Source of the DNA: Oopsacas minuta
Taxonomy: Eukaryota; Animalia; Porifera
Direction: 5' to 3'
DNA length: 64,000 nucleotides
NCBI GenBank assembly: GCA_024704765.1
Contig: JAKMXF010000332.1
Coordinates: 731,886-795,885 of the forward strand
Below the pieces are notes generated by a model that made no database searches, was not told the origin of the DNA, and worked only from the letters and a program-made list of their open reading frames with translations. The translations under genes were made by a program, and so were the position numbers. How positions within the stretch are numbered: position 1 is the first letter of the stretch; every line of letters starts with the position of its first letter. Positions 24,905 to 38,587 of this stretch are shown here, one piece after another.

Positions 24905-27012
24905 GTTGTATATTCTGTTAAAAAGCCAGGTGCTGTGGATTCAAAATGGGGAAAATTTCATTGGCAAATTAGTAAATCAATTACATTTCATTAATTAGAC
25001 TGATCAAGTATGGCTTCCTGGAATGTGCCAGGACGGGATTGAGGGAAGTGGGGGCTTCAAGCCCAAATTATTGATTGCGCTTCATCAGAATTTGAATACA
25101 CTGACATAATATCCTAACAAATTCATTAGAAATTGTTTTGCTTCTAATTTCGAATTTAAAACTGTATTTAGGGCTAGCCATTATTATCCTAGTTCACTCA
25201 GCCTAATAAGAGCCCCAGATGCATAAGTCGTGAAAAGGTGGTTATCCAAAAGTTGAGGTCCAGTAGCTGAGCCGGTAATTCCTGATGGAGGATAATCCTC
25301 CATCTTGGTTCTAGGTAGGCACTCCAGTGGGGTCTAAGGAAGCAGCCCGAATAAGGTAAGGAATAATTTATACATATTAAATTAGTTACCTTTGTACCGT
25401 CACATGACTATCACACTCATGCACATCGCATTAAAGGAGCGCCCCTATTGATGATTCAGGAGCGGAAGGTGTAGGGCGCTCAATTTTCGAAGGTGCACGC
25501 TTCTGTTAATTCCAATAATTTACAAATTTTCATCGGAGTTTTTTGTATAAATTTCAGTATTCTAGCTATAAAAGTGGAGGCTAAGACACTTTTGGAAAAT
25601 TTCACAATCTAGTGAAATGGTTTGACGATGCACGTTTAAGCAATTTTCCGAAAGTACGATGGTTAAATTCAATCCTGATAACTTAAAATACTTGCTATGT
25701 AAATAAGAAAAAATGAAAAGGAGCGGGATTGGAGATAATATAGGTAATTATGCGATTCCCCATATATGTTCTTTCGTATATATCGCTGTCTCTGGTCCAA
25801 AGTTTCAATAAACTATCATTGCCTTAATGTATAAAATGATCTGTCGTAATATTTAAAGTTATCGAGTTATTGGTGAATATGTGGGTGCTAATCGAATCGA
25901 ATCGAATCGATGCATTTATTGATTGGCATTAGTGTTAGGTATATTGAAATCACGGGAAATTTCCAGAATTATGTCAAGTTATTCAAATATCAGGTAATCT
26001 ACAGTAGAAACAGAAGAGGTAGGGGTAAGAATCGAACCGAGGTCAGCAGGTTATACGAAATGATCTTGGCAATAATACTAGTGAACACAATGGTCAACAA
26101 CTACTGAATGCGACATAAAACCTCAAGCCCACATAAAAATAGCATGCAAAACTAATAACACAATAAGGAAGTATGTTCAATTAATCGAAACAAAATTCCC
26201 ATCAACATGAAACCCAGAACAAAATACACAGGCTCTTTTATGATATACCGCAATATACTCAACACTAATATAGACGAAAATCTGTGCTCTAGTACAGTGC
26301 TTCTAAAACTTTACTATGTCGTCCCCCAAATTTCTTCATCATAATTCCACGACCTCTGCTTTGTAGCCTCATTTTTTAGTAAATATAAATTGCTATTATT
26401 ATTGAATTATAAATATATCAGTGTTATCAATTAACTTACCTTCATCAGATCCCGAAATGTCTTGACAATCTGTATAGAGGCTATTATTCTTAGTTAGGTA
26501 AGTATCTAACTGTCCTCGCTTTCGTTTGGCCATAAATATCTTTTTCAAAGATACCAAATTAATAACTAAAATGATAATAGATATTGGAAAGGGACGCATG
26601 CATCTGTCCGACTGAAGTATGCATTTGTCCGACGAAAGTAAGGCCTAAATGAAGGAAACCGAAAGAAACTAGTGTTAGATAAGAGCCCTGGGCCCAGTAT
26701 GAAGTGAGAATGAAAGTCAAAACCTGTGCAACGAGAATACTAGTAACTAATGACGATAAATCTAAACCTGAGATTTGTAGTGTTGAAAATCTCATTAATC
26801 AGGGCGATATTTACAACTATTGCAGTCGAACTAGTTAAATGCGGTAATAGAAACGATAAAATCGACAGTAAATTTGAATAGAAATCCCGTGAAGTCAATT
26901 ACACAGGAAAATGCGAAAATATCAGAATCCCCAATTTTCAACACGAATATTCAATAATACTATAAGTATTCCATCCTGAGAGCAATGTGAATTGAAATAC
27001 TGAATCGACATA

Positions 27013-29363
27013 CAGGGTGCGATTCAAGTTCTGTCCCCAAATTCGAATACCCAAGCATTTATACATAACCAATGTATTAGTTTACATACAAGCTTATTTA
27101 AGTTATAACAACACTTTACTGTAAGGATCCTAACTTAATTCCACCAAATAAACAGATTCTGAAAATATATTCCTGATTGAGCAAGAGAAGGGGGGAATTA
27201 TTGAATTATTCAAAACCTGGATGACACACACAAATAATGAAATAGTTGAATTTCTTCGATAAAGGCGAAAGTTTGTACATCGTACCATTAGTAGGTGCAA
27301 GGAGACCAGAGAAGTGGTAGACAAGGCAAGAATTGGTCATCGCGTTCAATAAGGACTCCACAACTCAAGAAAGAAGTGATGGAGCAAATTCGTCGAAATC
27401 CCACGTCGTTTGATGAGAAAAATGGCTCTAGAACTCAAAGTTTCCGAATTTTCAATCCGAAAAGTTGTAAAACCGACTTAGGTATGGGATCTTACAAGAG
27501 AAAGAAAGTTCATTACTTAGCGAACAGTTAAAATGAAAAGATTACTGAGATGTAAAGGGGAACTTGGTCGACACGCTAATAGTGATCTGGAAAATATGTT
27601 GTTTTCAGATGAGAAAATCTTCACAATCCACGAGGGTTCCAATAATCAAAATGACAGGATAATATCATCCATTACATGTAGCAATAAAGAAATGCTCAGA
27701 TATGTCTCTCGGATGCAAAACCTCAGTCAGTGATGGTTTGGGCTGGAATATCCGCTAGTGGGCGGACACCTTTGGTTTGTTCCCATATGGGGTTAACATC
27801 AATGCTTCTACCTACCTTGAGTTGATTTTAGGACCGGTTGTGAAGAATATAGGCCAAGAGTGTTCAATGGGAGTTCCTTCGTCTTCCAACAAGATGAAGC
27901 CCCTGCCCATACCCAAAATGCGACTCAAAATTGGCTTCACAGGAATATCACAGGGTTTATCAACTGGGGTGTAGTGTGTGGGAAGCGGTGGGGAGCGGCG
28001 CTCCCCCATTACAAATTCACGGGGGGGAGGCGCTGCCTCACTTCAACTTGATTATTTTAATTTTATTATAATATGGTAGATTAAGTTTTCCGGAGTTGCC
28101 CTTCTTTCGTTCTTTAGTCAACTCCACTTAATGGGGTAACATCTGCATCGAAGAAGGACAACATCATTTGTAATTATTTTATGGTATATTACTCGTAATG
28201 TGGATTACAACATGTTTCTTTGATGGAGTAATAACTTTGTTTGGGGAATCTGCAATTGGTAGACTTTTGTATGTTTTGCCAAGGTTTCGTCTAGTCTGAG
28301 ACTACACACATTCAAGCTATGAAATTTACACTGAGCATCCTTTCTTTTATATAAATACGAGTATATCCAAAACCGAAGTTGGAATTTGGCCCAAAAATGA
28401 TGTCTCAATTTGACCCAAAATGTTAGCATGGGGGAGCCTGTTTTATAATGATTAATTAATTAATTAAGTATAATGAACACTTTTGTTTTCTAAATGGATA
28501 TATAGAAACGAGGACGTGATAGGACAGTTTTTATTGTATAAATTAGAAACCCTTTACCATTGGGAGGGGAATAGGGATTTAGTTCACTACCTTATTGGCC
28601 TGAGAATTTCATTTGTACTCGCTATTAACCTACCTAGAGGCGGTGATGCGGACTCCAGGCAAATTTTGATCTGGGATGGAATTATAGTGAATCAATTATT
28701 GGAAACCGTTTTCATATTCGACTCTCAATTTATTTTGTGTCAAATTCCAACATTTTTTGGGTCTAAATTCCTGCCTCCCCTTGTAAATCTAAATTCAAAC
28801 AATAGTGTAGGGTCTATTGAGATATCCACAAAATGTCCAAATGAAATAGTCGACTCATTCCAAACCATAAAGTAATGGACCAATTGCAAACCAGAAAATG
28901 TTCGACAAATTGCAACCATAGACTAGTCGACCAATTGCAAGCGCTTCCTATGTTTAACCAATTGTTGCGTAATATATTCTTTTATAAGCACTCCCTACTA
29001 GAAATTAGAGCAGCACACCCCTGTTTATCAGTAAAGCACCATGGCCTCCCTACAGCCCAGATCTAAGCCCCATTCTCGAAACAAATGCCTCTAGTAAATC
29101 TCACAAAACTATAGAGTCTTTGAAGAGATCTTTTCTAGCAGAATGGCAGAATATTCCCAAAAGGTCCAACGTGTTTCGGTAGGAGCTTTGCCAAACAGAA
29201 TAATAGCCATAATTAAGAACAAAGGTGGAGATATTGAATAGCCATTCATAATTCGTATTGTAGTATAAGATATAATCTATATGAGAATTTCAATGGCAAA
29301 GAATGATAATTTACAATGTTATGAGTTATCATATTTGAGGCAGAACATTTAAATTGGACCCTG
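27013..29363 (+). mobile_element. maT-like (DD37D) transposon, decayed, split by a hAT MITE
   Basis: TIR TA|cagggtgcg with partner ending 29363; FSDEKIFT..NQNDR, FQQDEAPAH, WPPYSPDLSP; removing the insert implies D-37-D spacing (third D deleted). Confidence 0.82.
27964..29023. mobile_element. non-autonomous hAT-type insertion
   Basis: Ends ctggggtgt / acacccctg; 8-bp flanks tttatcaa and tttatcag; removal rejoins the maT frame GFI-SKAPWPPYS. Confidence 0.8.
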
Positions 29364-32300
29364 TCTTTCTGGTATACTGGAGACACTTTGAGTACAAGTC
29401 ATCTATCAATTATTAGTGACAAAATATCATATGAATAACAATGCTTACTTCTGTCAGGCAATGCAAACTACAAAATTGGACAAATGCAGCTCCTCCATTA
29501 GCAAAGGTACAATCTATTTAAACAATTTCAATTGTAGTCCTACTTATTCTTAACACAGGATGATTGTTGCATTTAACTTAACGCTCTAAAAAGGTTTTTC
29601 GTAAATCACTTTCCATAGCCATCTCGCGGACCACAGTTTGAGTACCACTGCTCTAGTAGAGCTCGGCTCTAAATACATTAATCCTAATACATATTCGGGC
29701 TAAAGTATGCCATTTAAATACTATCGCCCCATTGACTGAAATTACTGCAGATTGTAGTGGCTGAGTAATGAATAACAGAGAGGCCGGTTTCATAAAACTC
29801 CTAATGCATAATTAACCCTCAAATTGTTTGTGAATTCGAGTTATTTAGTGTGAAATTTATGAGGAATCAGTTCAAACTTTCTAAAAAATTCAAATAGCCG
29901 TCCTCCATCCTCGTTTAGGCGCATTCAAATCATAAAATCAGAATCCAAATCTCATCGAAATTCAAAATATCATATTTCGTTGAATTTAGTCCTCTATTCA
30001 TTCATACTGTATAATTAATTCAGTACATTTCTTTTGAATCGATTCTCTATGAGATTTTTGTTTCATTATTTTGTGTCATCCTACATTAAGATATCATTCT
30101 ACTATAAAGCTATCGTTAAAATGGATTATCTAGAGTTTGAAGTGCATCAACAAATTTAAACAAGCATAAATTTGGAGAAAAATACATTACTTTTCTCACT
30201 CGTAAAATACGCCTAAACTTGTGAAGCATGGCCGTTGAACATTAGGTAATCTTACCTGATTCCATATTTTTTTCCCTAGATAATTGCAATCATAAACTTT
30301 GGAGGGCTAATTCAACATTTGCAAGATTTATATAACTGGCCTCTCATTCATATGCCTTGCATGGGAACATTCCTATCTCTATTATATAGTAATTCTGTCG
30401 CAACTACTAGAGTTCCTAGATTGACTTGAAGTACCCCTCGTCCAAGACCACCAATTTGTACCATTCCCATATTGTATAGAAGGCTAAGCTAGAACTTATC
30501 GAGCTAGTCTACTTCTAAGGAAGGAATTTGTTAGTTTAACTTGGTCAAAGATATTTACTTTTCAGTGTATTTCCACCATCAGCATTTTTCCAAACATAGT
30601 AATTCAACGTTTCGTTCTGAATGAATAAGTATTTCGTTGTTATGGTGATGGATATTAACCTGTTTCTTGTAATCAGAATTTTGGCCGAATCTACAACAAA
30701 AATTTGATAATTTTGAAAACGTTTTTTCGCCCTTCGCAGGAAATATTTGATTCTGAAACTTGTTGTACCAATTCATGCGGTGAATCCTCAATGGCATTTA
30801 TATGTAGGTTTTGATAGTACAATGAAAAATATAATAGTTTAGAGCCGCCCAAGTGCGTTGAAGTGCTTTCCTTACATATATATGCCTGTGACTCATTAAA
30901 CACGGTATCTTAATAATACATTCCATTAAATCTATTCATATCATCGATAATAGCGTGGATTTTGGGGTATTGAAGGGCAAAGCGGCATATACCGAATATA
31001 TACTTGTGTTTAATCACTTCTTTTTGTTTCTATTAACTGATAGCAGATGCTCGAGACTGAATACATTATATTCAAAGTATTAAAATAGAAATTCCACAAA
31101 ACAAAATGAAATATATCACTACTAAATCGTCGATTTGGCTAAGTATTGATAGTTTCTGAATTAGCTCATCTTATCACAACATTTTTCGATATATTATATT
31201 AGATTAAGGTGGAAAACTCTATGGAAACTAGAAATTTTCCAAGGGTCCCCCTTTTTGATACTATTTTTAAATCATGGGTTACCAATGTATATATATTGTA
31301 TATTACCATACCTTATTAACAAATTATCTTAAATCACGGTCAAATTGTGTCAATAGTGCTCCTAAATTTTGACGTTTCCAATCAATATTCTATCGATTTG
31401 CAGATATTAAAAGTAATCAAGAGTGTGATTCATCGTGTAATTTAGCGCGCACTGAACTACCTTAGCGATGGATTCGCGTGCCTTATCCATGCGCTGAAAA
31501 ATTTTACTACTAAACTCGACATTTTTTGCCAACAACCAATTGAGGATTTTGTATCTTTCGTAATGTGCATAATAAACCACATAATTATATTACTACTTCC
31601 TAGAATTTCTTAGCAAACCTACTAGAGACTTCAGATATTACTGTTTATCTCTCGTCCCACAGAATACAACAACGCTTCAATACCAATTGCATGAACATTT
31701 GATCTACGTACTTTAGCCAAAATAGATAAATAGAGACAATCTCTATGAAACAAAACTAACAAAGAGAAAATACCGAAAATGACTCGAGCGAATGCTAAAG
31801 ACGCAACTGTAAGGATTTACGTTCAGTTTACTAAAGAAGAAGTGGGAATTATCCTACTAACAATGGTAATATTTCTGTGATCGTGAGTGAGCCATTCAAT
31901 GAGTTTACAACAGCCATAGGAAAGAGATCCTCCGAGTAATGCTGAATTCAGCCTCTTCGAAATTCTAGGATGTAGAGCCAAATCGATTCGTCAATCCCTC
32001 GACTACATGACACAGAACTATCCTTTGCAGTAAATTAAACAGACATTACTATTTATTCAATTGATCGATTACGTCACTTATTAACTTCTGCTCTCATAAA
32101 ATCTCTGAGTTAATATTAGATCAGTATAGCTACTCTTTTATTATTTATTATATTGAATTAATCTAACCCGTCACGAATTGACGAATTAATTTACCTCATG
32201 TCGAATATTCATATAGCAATTGGGAAATATGAAATCGGGTTCAGCATACTGAATTAAGATTATATAACATTTACGCAGTTTAGTGTAAGTATCAACGACT

Positions 32301-33969
32301 ATTTTGAAAATTTCTTAATATGCAACAAATAAATTTACATATGACAAAATCGAATTTTGTTTATGCTTGCTAATTGAAATTTGAATATTTACTGTTAGAA
32401 AGTGCGAATACACATTCAAGATTTAGATACATACTATATTACCAATATTAACATTCAAAGTGAGCTAACAAAGAACAATGAATCAAAATAAATAAGTATC
32501 AAAATATGTAGGAATTAATTAATTATCATACTCAAATACCCAAAAATAATTGATTTTTCAGTGTTTCATTTCTATTTTCTAAGAAAATCCAAGATTTTTC
32601 TAAAATAGGAGACGACATTAAATCGGTGGTTTTAGAAGGGCACATTGCTTCAGTTTCTTCAGAATACCGTGACTTTAATCCCAGGATTTATCTCCACAAC
32701 ATTGTACCTATCGGGAGTCTACCTCTGTACATCCCTCACAGGATTTATTTTCACAACCCTGTACCTATCAAGATAATGTTAACAGTAGCAATTTAGGACT
32801 GGAAATGGACATTCAAGATTATCTTACTACGATTCTCATTCCCATCCTAATCCTACGGCAACCCTTGTGAAGAGTTCAAATTCAAATTTTGACTGAATGA
32901 ACGTTTTATCAATACTGACTTAATTTATTCACATTTTGTATTGCACAATTATTATTTAGCTCATCTTACTTATCAATTCCTTAAACTTCTTGGCCTTCAA
33001 AATATCATCGAGGGACAGATTGAGTATGGACCTTACACCCACAATAGTATCCCAATACATAATGACACAACTCGTGACCATTGGTTGGTTAATGTGCAAA
33101 TAAGGGTGGTAAAGTTTCTCGGTACGACGGTTCCTTCTTTGAAGAGACTTCTGAAATAGTAGAAATTCAACTTGCGCAGAATTATTATCAAAGAAATAAG
33201 TTAACATGCTCTATTGAACGGATACAACAACAGAAAAGCTATAGGTGTACAAAATGCTACGGGTTCAATATAAAATGCACGACACCTTGGTCAGTGTATT
33301 CGAAATCAACGTATAACCTTATTCACTGAAATCCTGTCTAGCCATACAACAGTGGGTAGGATTCGAATACAACAACAAAAATTGGTAAACGTTGATCTTC
33401 ACAGCACTTGTAACATCCCAGAAGTTTGGAATATCTACATGCTCAAATTTAAGGCATGTGGTTCTGGTATCATAATCCTTGTGGTTGGATACTCTGATGA
33501 GCATCATGTAACGCATGCAATAGGCAGACCATATAGATGTTCCAATTGTATTATTAAACCATATCTATCTTGTATTTTGTGGGAGGCACATAAAGTTATT
33601 ACTTGTTACCAAAAATCAGTTTCTAAGAATTGGAGAGCGGCATTTTAATAGGGAAGCTTCTTTAGAAGATGCCCTAAGGTTAAGGAGGCTGTGCGAAGGA
33701 TGTTCATCTGACCGATGAAGTAGTTGAATACTCCATCGCGACGTTCAGGTCCAATTGAACGTAGCTTTTGATCAAAAGTTGTCATTACATTAGGTAAAAT
33801 TTAATGAACAATAATAGCAGACGGGGTAAATGATTGGGACGGGATAAAACAAGTTTGTTAGTTTTTATTTATTGTTTATTAATAATGTCTCAGCACCGTA
33901 CAATAATTCTGATTCTACGTTAATAATCTTCACATTTTGTCAGTCACTTAGATTACATCAGCTTCGCTA

Positions 33970-35225
33970 TTGCATCAAGATTAGAGTGCTGTAAAATATT
34001 GTTAGGTAGAATACGTTCTCAACTTTCATGTAAGATAGTTGAGGAGATTCGTCTCATCCCAGAATGTAACTGCTCTCATACTTGAGAGTTGATCGTTTAA
34101 ATATCCCTGATACTAAAGGGACGCATTGAATAGACGGGGCTAATTTGTGATTGATGGAATGGAAACGATCAACCAAGAAAGTGATTCTACGAAATGTTGT
34201 TGGATCTCTAAAAAATCTTTCATTAATAATCAATAAAAGCTTTGGAAAACCCCAAAAATATACCTGAATAAGCAGATCGTATCCAAGTTATACGCATTGT
34301 CATATATAATATAACTCTTGTTGTGGAAAATACCCATGTGTATAGAATATAGTGATATTTGATTCTCCAGAAGAAATTTAAACCCGTAGCAAGTGCCATG
34401 TCGCCAGGACATAGTCATCCCAGGAGATAGATTTCTGTTTTGGATGCACCTTTTTTACATCCTGTGGATGTAGAATGTTCTGGATCATGGTCTGATTAGT
34501 AGCTTGGTAATCTAAATCTAGATCAAAAATCATTTAGCTCTATATAGCTAAGGTAAAGTTGTGTAACTGTATTAGTTTAAGGTAGGAAAATATTCTAGAA
34601 ATATTTTTTGAACCTCGAGGGGAATAGGTTTCCATAAATACTAGGATAGATATTTTGGATATGCTTGAATAAAGGACAATAACAGTGCAGACACATCCGA
34701 TGTAGACGCAACAAACTTGAAGAAAGTATTTCGAAGTTAGACAACGTAAATAGTGTTTATAAATTCACCAACTTCGCATATGGAAGCCCTATCTGATTAA
34801 TTTCTTCATGCTGACCACATGCGAAACTCCATGCAAGCCCGCCATTTGAGGTTGAAATTATCATCCTTTGAAGCCATAAATTGAACAGTAGGTATGAATT
34901 GACTACGCGGAATTATCTCAAAAAACCATAATTTGTATTGAAAAAGCTTGAAACTTTCAGTATATGGAGTTTAACTATATGTGCTTATAATATATGAAAG
35001 TTAGATATATTACTTGACTAATTCCTGAGATATAACATGACCCGCAAGACGTATTGGACGCCCTGATACCACATAATGCGTAGACAGGATCATTCCAGCC
35101 CTTATTAGCATGCTACACTCATGTAACAGTCCGTGATGTATCAGATAACAATTATATACATTGAGGAGAAGATCTGCATTCCCTTGGTACAAGCATTCAC
35201 ACACGCAAGGACCATCGCATATCAC
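33970..35225 (-). pseudogene. decayed CxC-associated KDZ (Kyakuja-Dileera-Zisupton, HMGXB3-like) transposase
   Basis: Ordered motifs across frames: LSPGMTMSWRHGTCYGFKFLL, YIIYDNAYNL, VDRFHSINH, INSQV*EQ, QLSYMKVENVF; upstream Cys-rich CVCECLYQGNADLLLNV. Confidence 0.62.
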
Positions 35226-37169
35226 TCGATAAACTAAAAATATCCGTCCATAGTTTAATTACAGTTAAACACTAAAGGAATACTTAAAGTTAACAAAATG
35301 GCGCATATGTATTATGAATGTTAACCTGGTTATAATGCACTGAATTTGTTAGAATATGAGAATCTCAATTGAATTAAAAGAAACTATTACCTTTGTGTGA
35401 TCTGGGGAGAGATAACAGCGCTTTCATTTTCAGTTTAAACAATTATTCCTTTGGGCGAAACGCTAACGCAGTAATCTGCTAGAAATCGGAAATTACATTT
35501 ACATTCTGTAGCGAATGTCTTCAATTTTTCAGACAAATTTAACCTCTCATTGATATGTGAAAATGTATACCGAAAGGAGTTGGTTGTGACTGTCATAAAA
35601 TGAATAAGCTAGTATTCGTGATTAGGCACCTGAGTCTCGAATGATTGTTGATATTGAACAAGCACTTGAATTTCTGGGCAAACATCAGTACAATTTGTAC
35701 AATGCAACTTGTTTCCAATAAACTTCAATATATGATAAAGGTATCATATAATATCCAAACGAACTTATTAGAGAAATGTTTGAGGTATCTCGTGGAGAAA
35801 TGAATTGGATATATAAACTTCAAAGCTACTTTCTTTCCGAAGCGATTGAAAATGCTTTCATAGTAGGCAATTTGCAGAAGTGCATTGCATACACAACGAA
35901 TTTTTCACATCTACAACACGTCTTGGTATAAGTTTGAGTAGTCCTAGATGATAAAATATAATAATATTTTAGAGAGGCTAAAGAGTTTCGTAAATGATAC
36001 TAGATTCATACCAGAAATTGTAATTTCATAATAATACATCAATGTGATTTCAGTTTCTTCAAGTCGTTTAATGCAAGAGTTGTGGATAAGAATTAACAAA
36101 TATTTTCCTCAGGATCTGATTCCAGTGTAGAGAACAACCAATCTATCTTGATCAGTGTCTCCTAAATCAGATCCAGATTGATCTGTAATACCGCAATATT
36201 ATAAATATAGTGTACTTGTTTGCTAATAATAAGTATAGTAAAGGCTTTCAGATTGGTGGTGAACACTGGGATATTGGAAACTGTCGAGGAGTGGTCAGGT
36301 TATGGATAGACTATCTGCACCATTGATCAAGCGGACCCCACGGATTTAACTTATTAAAATACATTTTATGAAGCCTTAAGTAGGGTGAAAAAGATATCTT
36401 GAGACGTATGGACAATTCTTCTTGGATCCATTCGATCCAAGAAGAATAAATATATTATTATTTGCTATAGAATAAATAAACAAGCTCAATTTGAGTACTA
36501 ACTAAACATAGTACGCGGACGTATGACTGTCACACAAGTGGAATTAGGTTATATTTGCACATTAAAGTTGAAGTACTCACCAATGTCAAGCTCTTAATTT
36601 CCAACATCCAGCTGATGATTATCTTGAGAATATGTAGGAGAAATGTCTATATCCCGCATTAAATAGTCTGCCATCAAAGGAATGGTTCAATATAAATAAT
36701 GTACTATTTATGTTGTTTTGTTCTGTGAGTCTTGCTTAATTCTCTATATAAATCATATAATTCCATATATATACATCCTTTGTGGCATTGGTATTCAAGT
36801 GTCATGCTATTCTCTAGGACGAGTGATAAACACAGTAATGTTTGAAGCCTCCAGTCTCTTTACTAATAAATCTAGTAAGTAGTAAATAATTATGTGGTGT
36901 ATTTATATTGACAAGAATACACAAGCACAAAAACAAACACATTATTATGGACAGATAAATATCATCTATAGATTGCTGGCTAAGAAATATCGAGTTTAGT
37001 AGTAAAAGTTTCTAGTTCGTGGATAAGATACTCGCTAAGGTATATTCATTGTACGCAAAGGGACTCACTGAACTACGTGCCGAGTCCTTTAAGTATATGT
37101 GAATTTTCGCATGCATGACTAATATTTACATATCAATTTCCACTAAATTTTCAGCCACTGTACACAAAA

Positions 37170-38040
37170 AGGGGTGTATACATACACTAAGAAGACAAAG
37201 GATTGCAACAACAAAATATACAATTGTATATCTTGGAAATACGGCTAATATTTGGATATTCATACGATAATTAATTGAAAGAACTATTGACTATGTTAGT
37301 TGACATTGTACTCACTGAATCGAAGGATATTTTTCGAATCACAAATTCTCAAGCCTGACTTTACTCACTAAATAGATAATGAGTAGAAATATATTCTATT
37401 CCTAAATGACCACAATTCAAACGAGATGGAGCAATCCTCATAGCAATTTCGCAATCTACGGGTGTGTAATACCCCAGAATCAACTTTTGAACTGATTAGA
37501 GCAAATATTCTTGACTTATTGGCATTTTCATCTTGGTGGCAGAGGTGGCACACCTCTAAAATATTGGCACACTAATGAAATACTGTATGAGAGTCATTTG
37601 AGAGTCTCCAAACAGATTTGGAAATATTTGGATAGTTGGGATAAGTCGATTTTTGGAACATATAATTAACTTACGAAGTGGTGCAGACATACTTCGAATG
37701 TGCACAAATATGAAAATGACAATATTTCAACATGGTTTGTTCCAAACAGTTCGAAATATTCATACTGGGGTATTACACACCCACAGAATTCGAATATGCT
37801 ATCAGAATCGCTCTATCTCATTTGAATTTTGTACAATTAGGAGTTTAATATATTCCAAGTTCATCATCTATAAATGAGTAAAGTCAAGCTAGAAAATATG
37901 CAATTCGAAAATTTTGTCAGGAAAATGTCACTATCTTAGGCAGTAGTTCTTTGAGTAATATTATCGTATATTTCCAGGAGTTACAATTGTATACATTCTG
38001 GTGAACAAGTACTTGTGTTCATTAGTATATAAATAAATAT
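37170..38040. repeat. old, diverged foldback (inverted-repeat) element
   Basis: ~37170-37510 is an imperfect reverse complement of ~37745-38040 (shared ctggggtattacacaccc and gagtaaagtca cores). Confidence 0.6.
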
Positions 38041-38587
38041 ACCTTAGTTCAAATGGCCGTCTTTAGGGGTGGCTGTATTAGTGTAAATTATTTCAAATTG
38101 ATTCAGAATTCGATTATAATAGTGGTGTTTGTATTGTGCTGGGTTTCAGTACCCTATGTCCCGTTTTTGCTCAATTTTGGGGAATAGTGAATAATGTAAT
38201 TATTTCAGGGATTGAGATCTGAAAACTTAGTTTCGGGTGTTTTATGTCGGTTATTAATACTTTTTGATGGCAAATCGTGTACTATTCAGAAATGAATCTG
38301 CTAATTGGATTTTCATCCGAAATACCCACATCGTACTATCAAGATATTGGATTATTTTGTCCAAATCTTTGCACCTAATTATCCCGAACGACAAAATGTA
38401 CATGTTAGATTTACATTACAAAATAGCATACAATACCATGTATAATGTCATTTTAGCATGAAGTTTACGCAAAATAAACGGATAAGACAGAATAATTTAA
38501 TGACAAAATAATCCGATTTTGGCTGTATATACATTTTATACTTTTACCAGTTTCTTCAGATATTTGTTTTCTCCATACTCTCCCTTT

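Noticed and set aside
28483-28875. 130-aa ORF as a captured gene
   Set aside because: It lies in a non-autonomous insertion, overlaps short subrepeats and has no recognisable domain
38519-38587. N-terminal extension of the helicase from the TTG start
   Set aside because: Non-ATG start and no conserved content; the first ATG is at 38588
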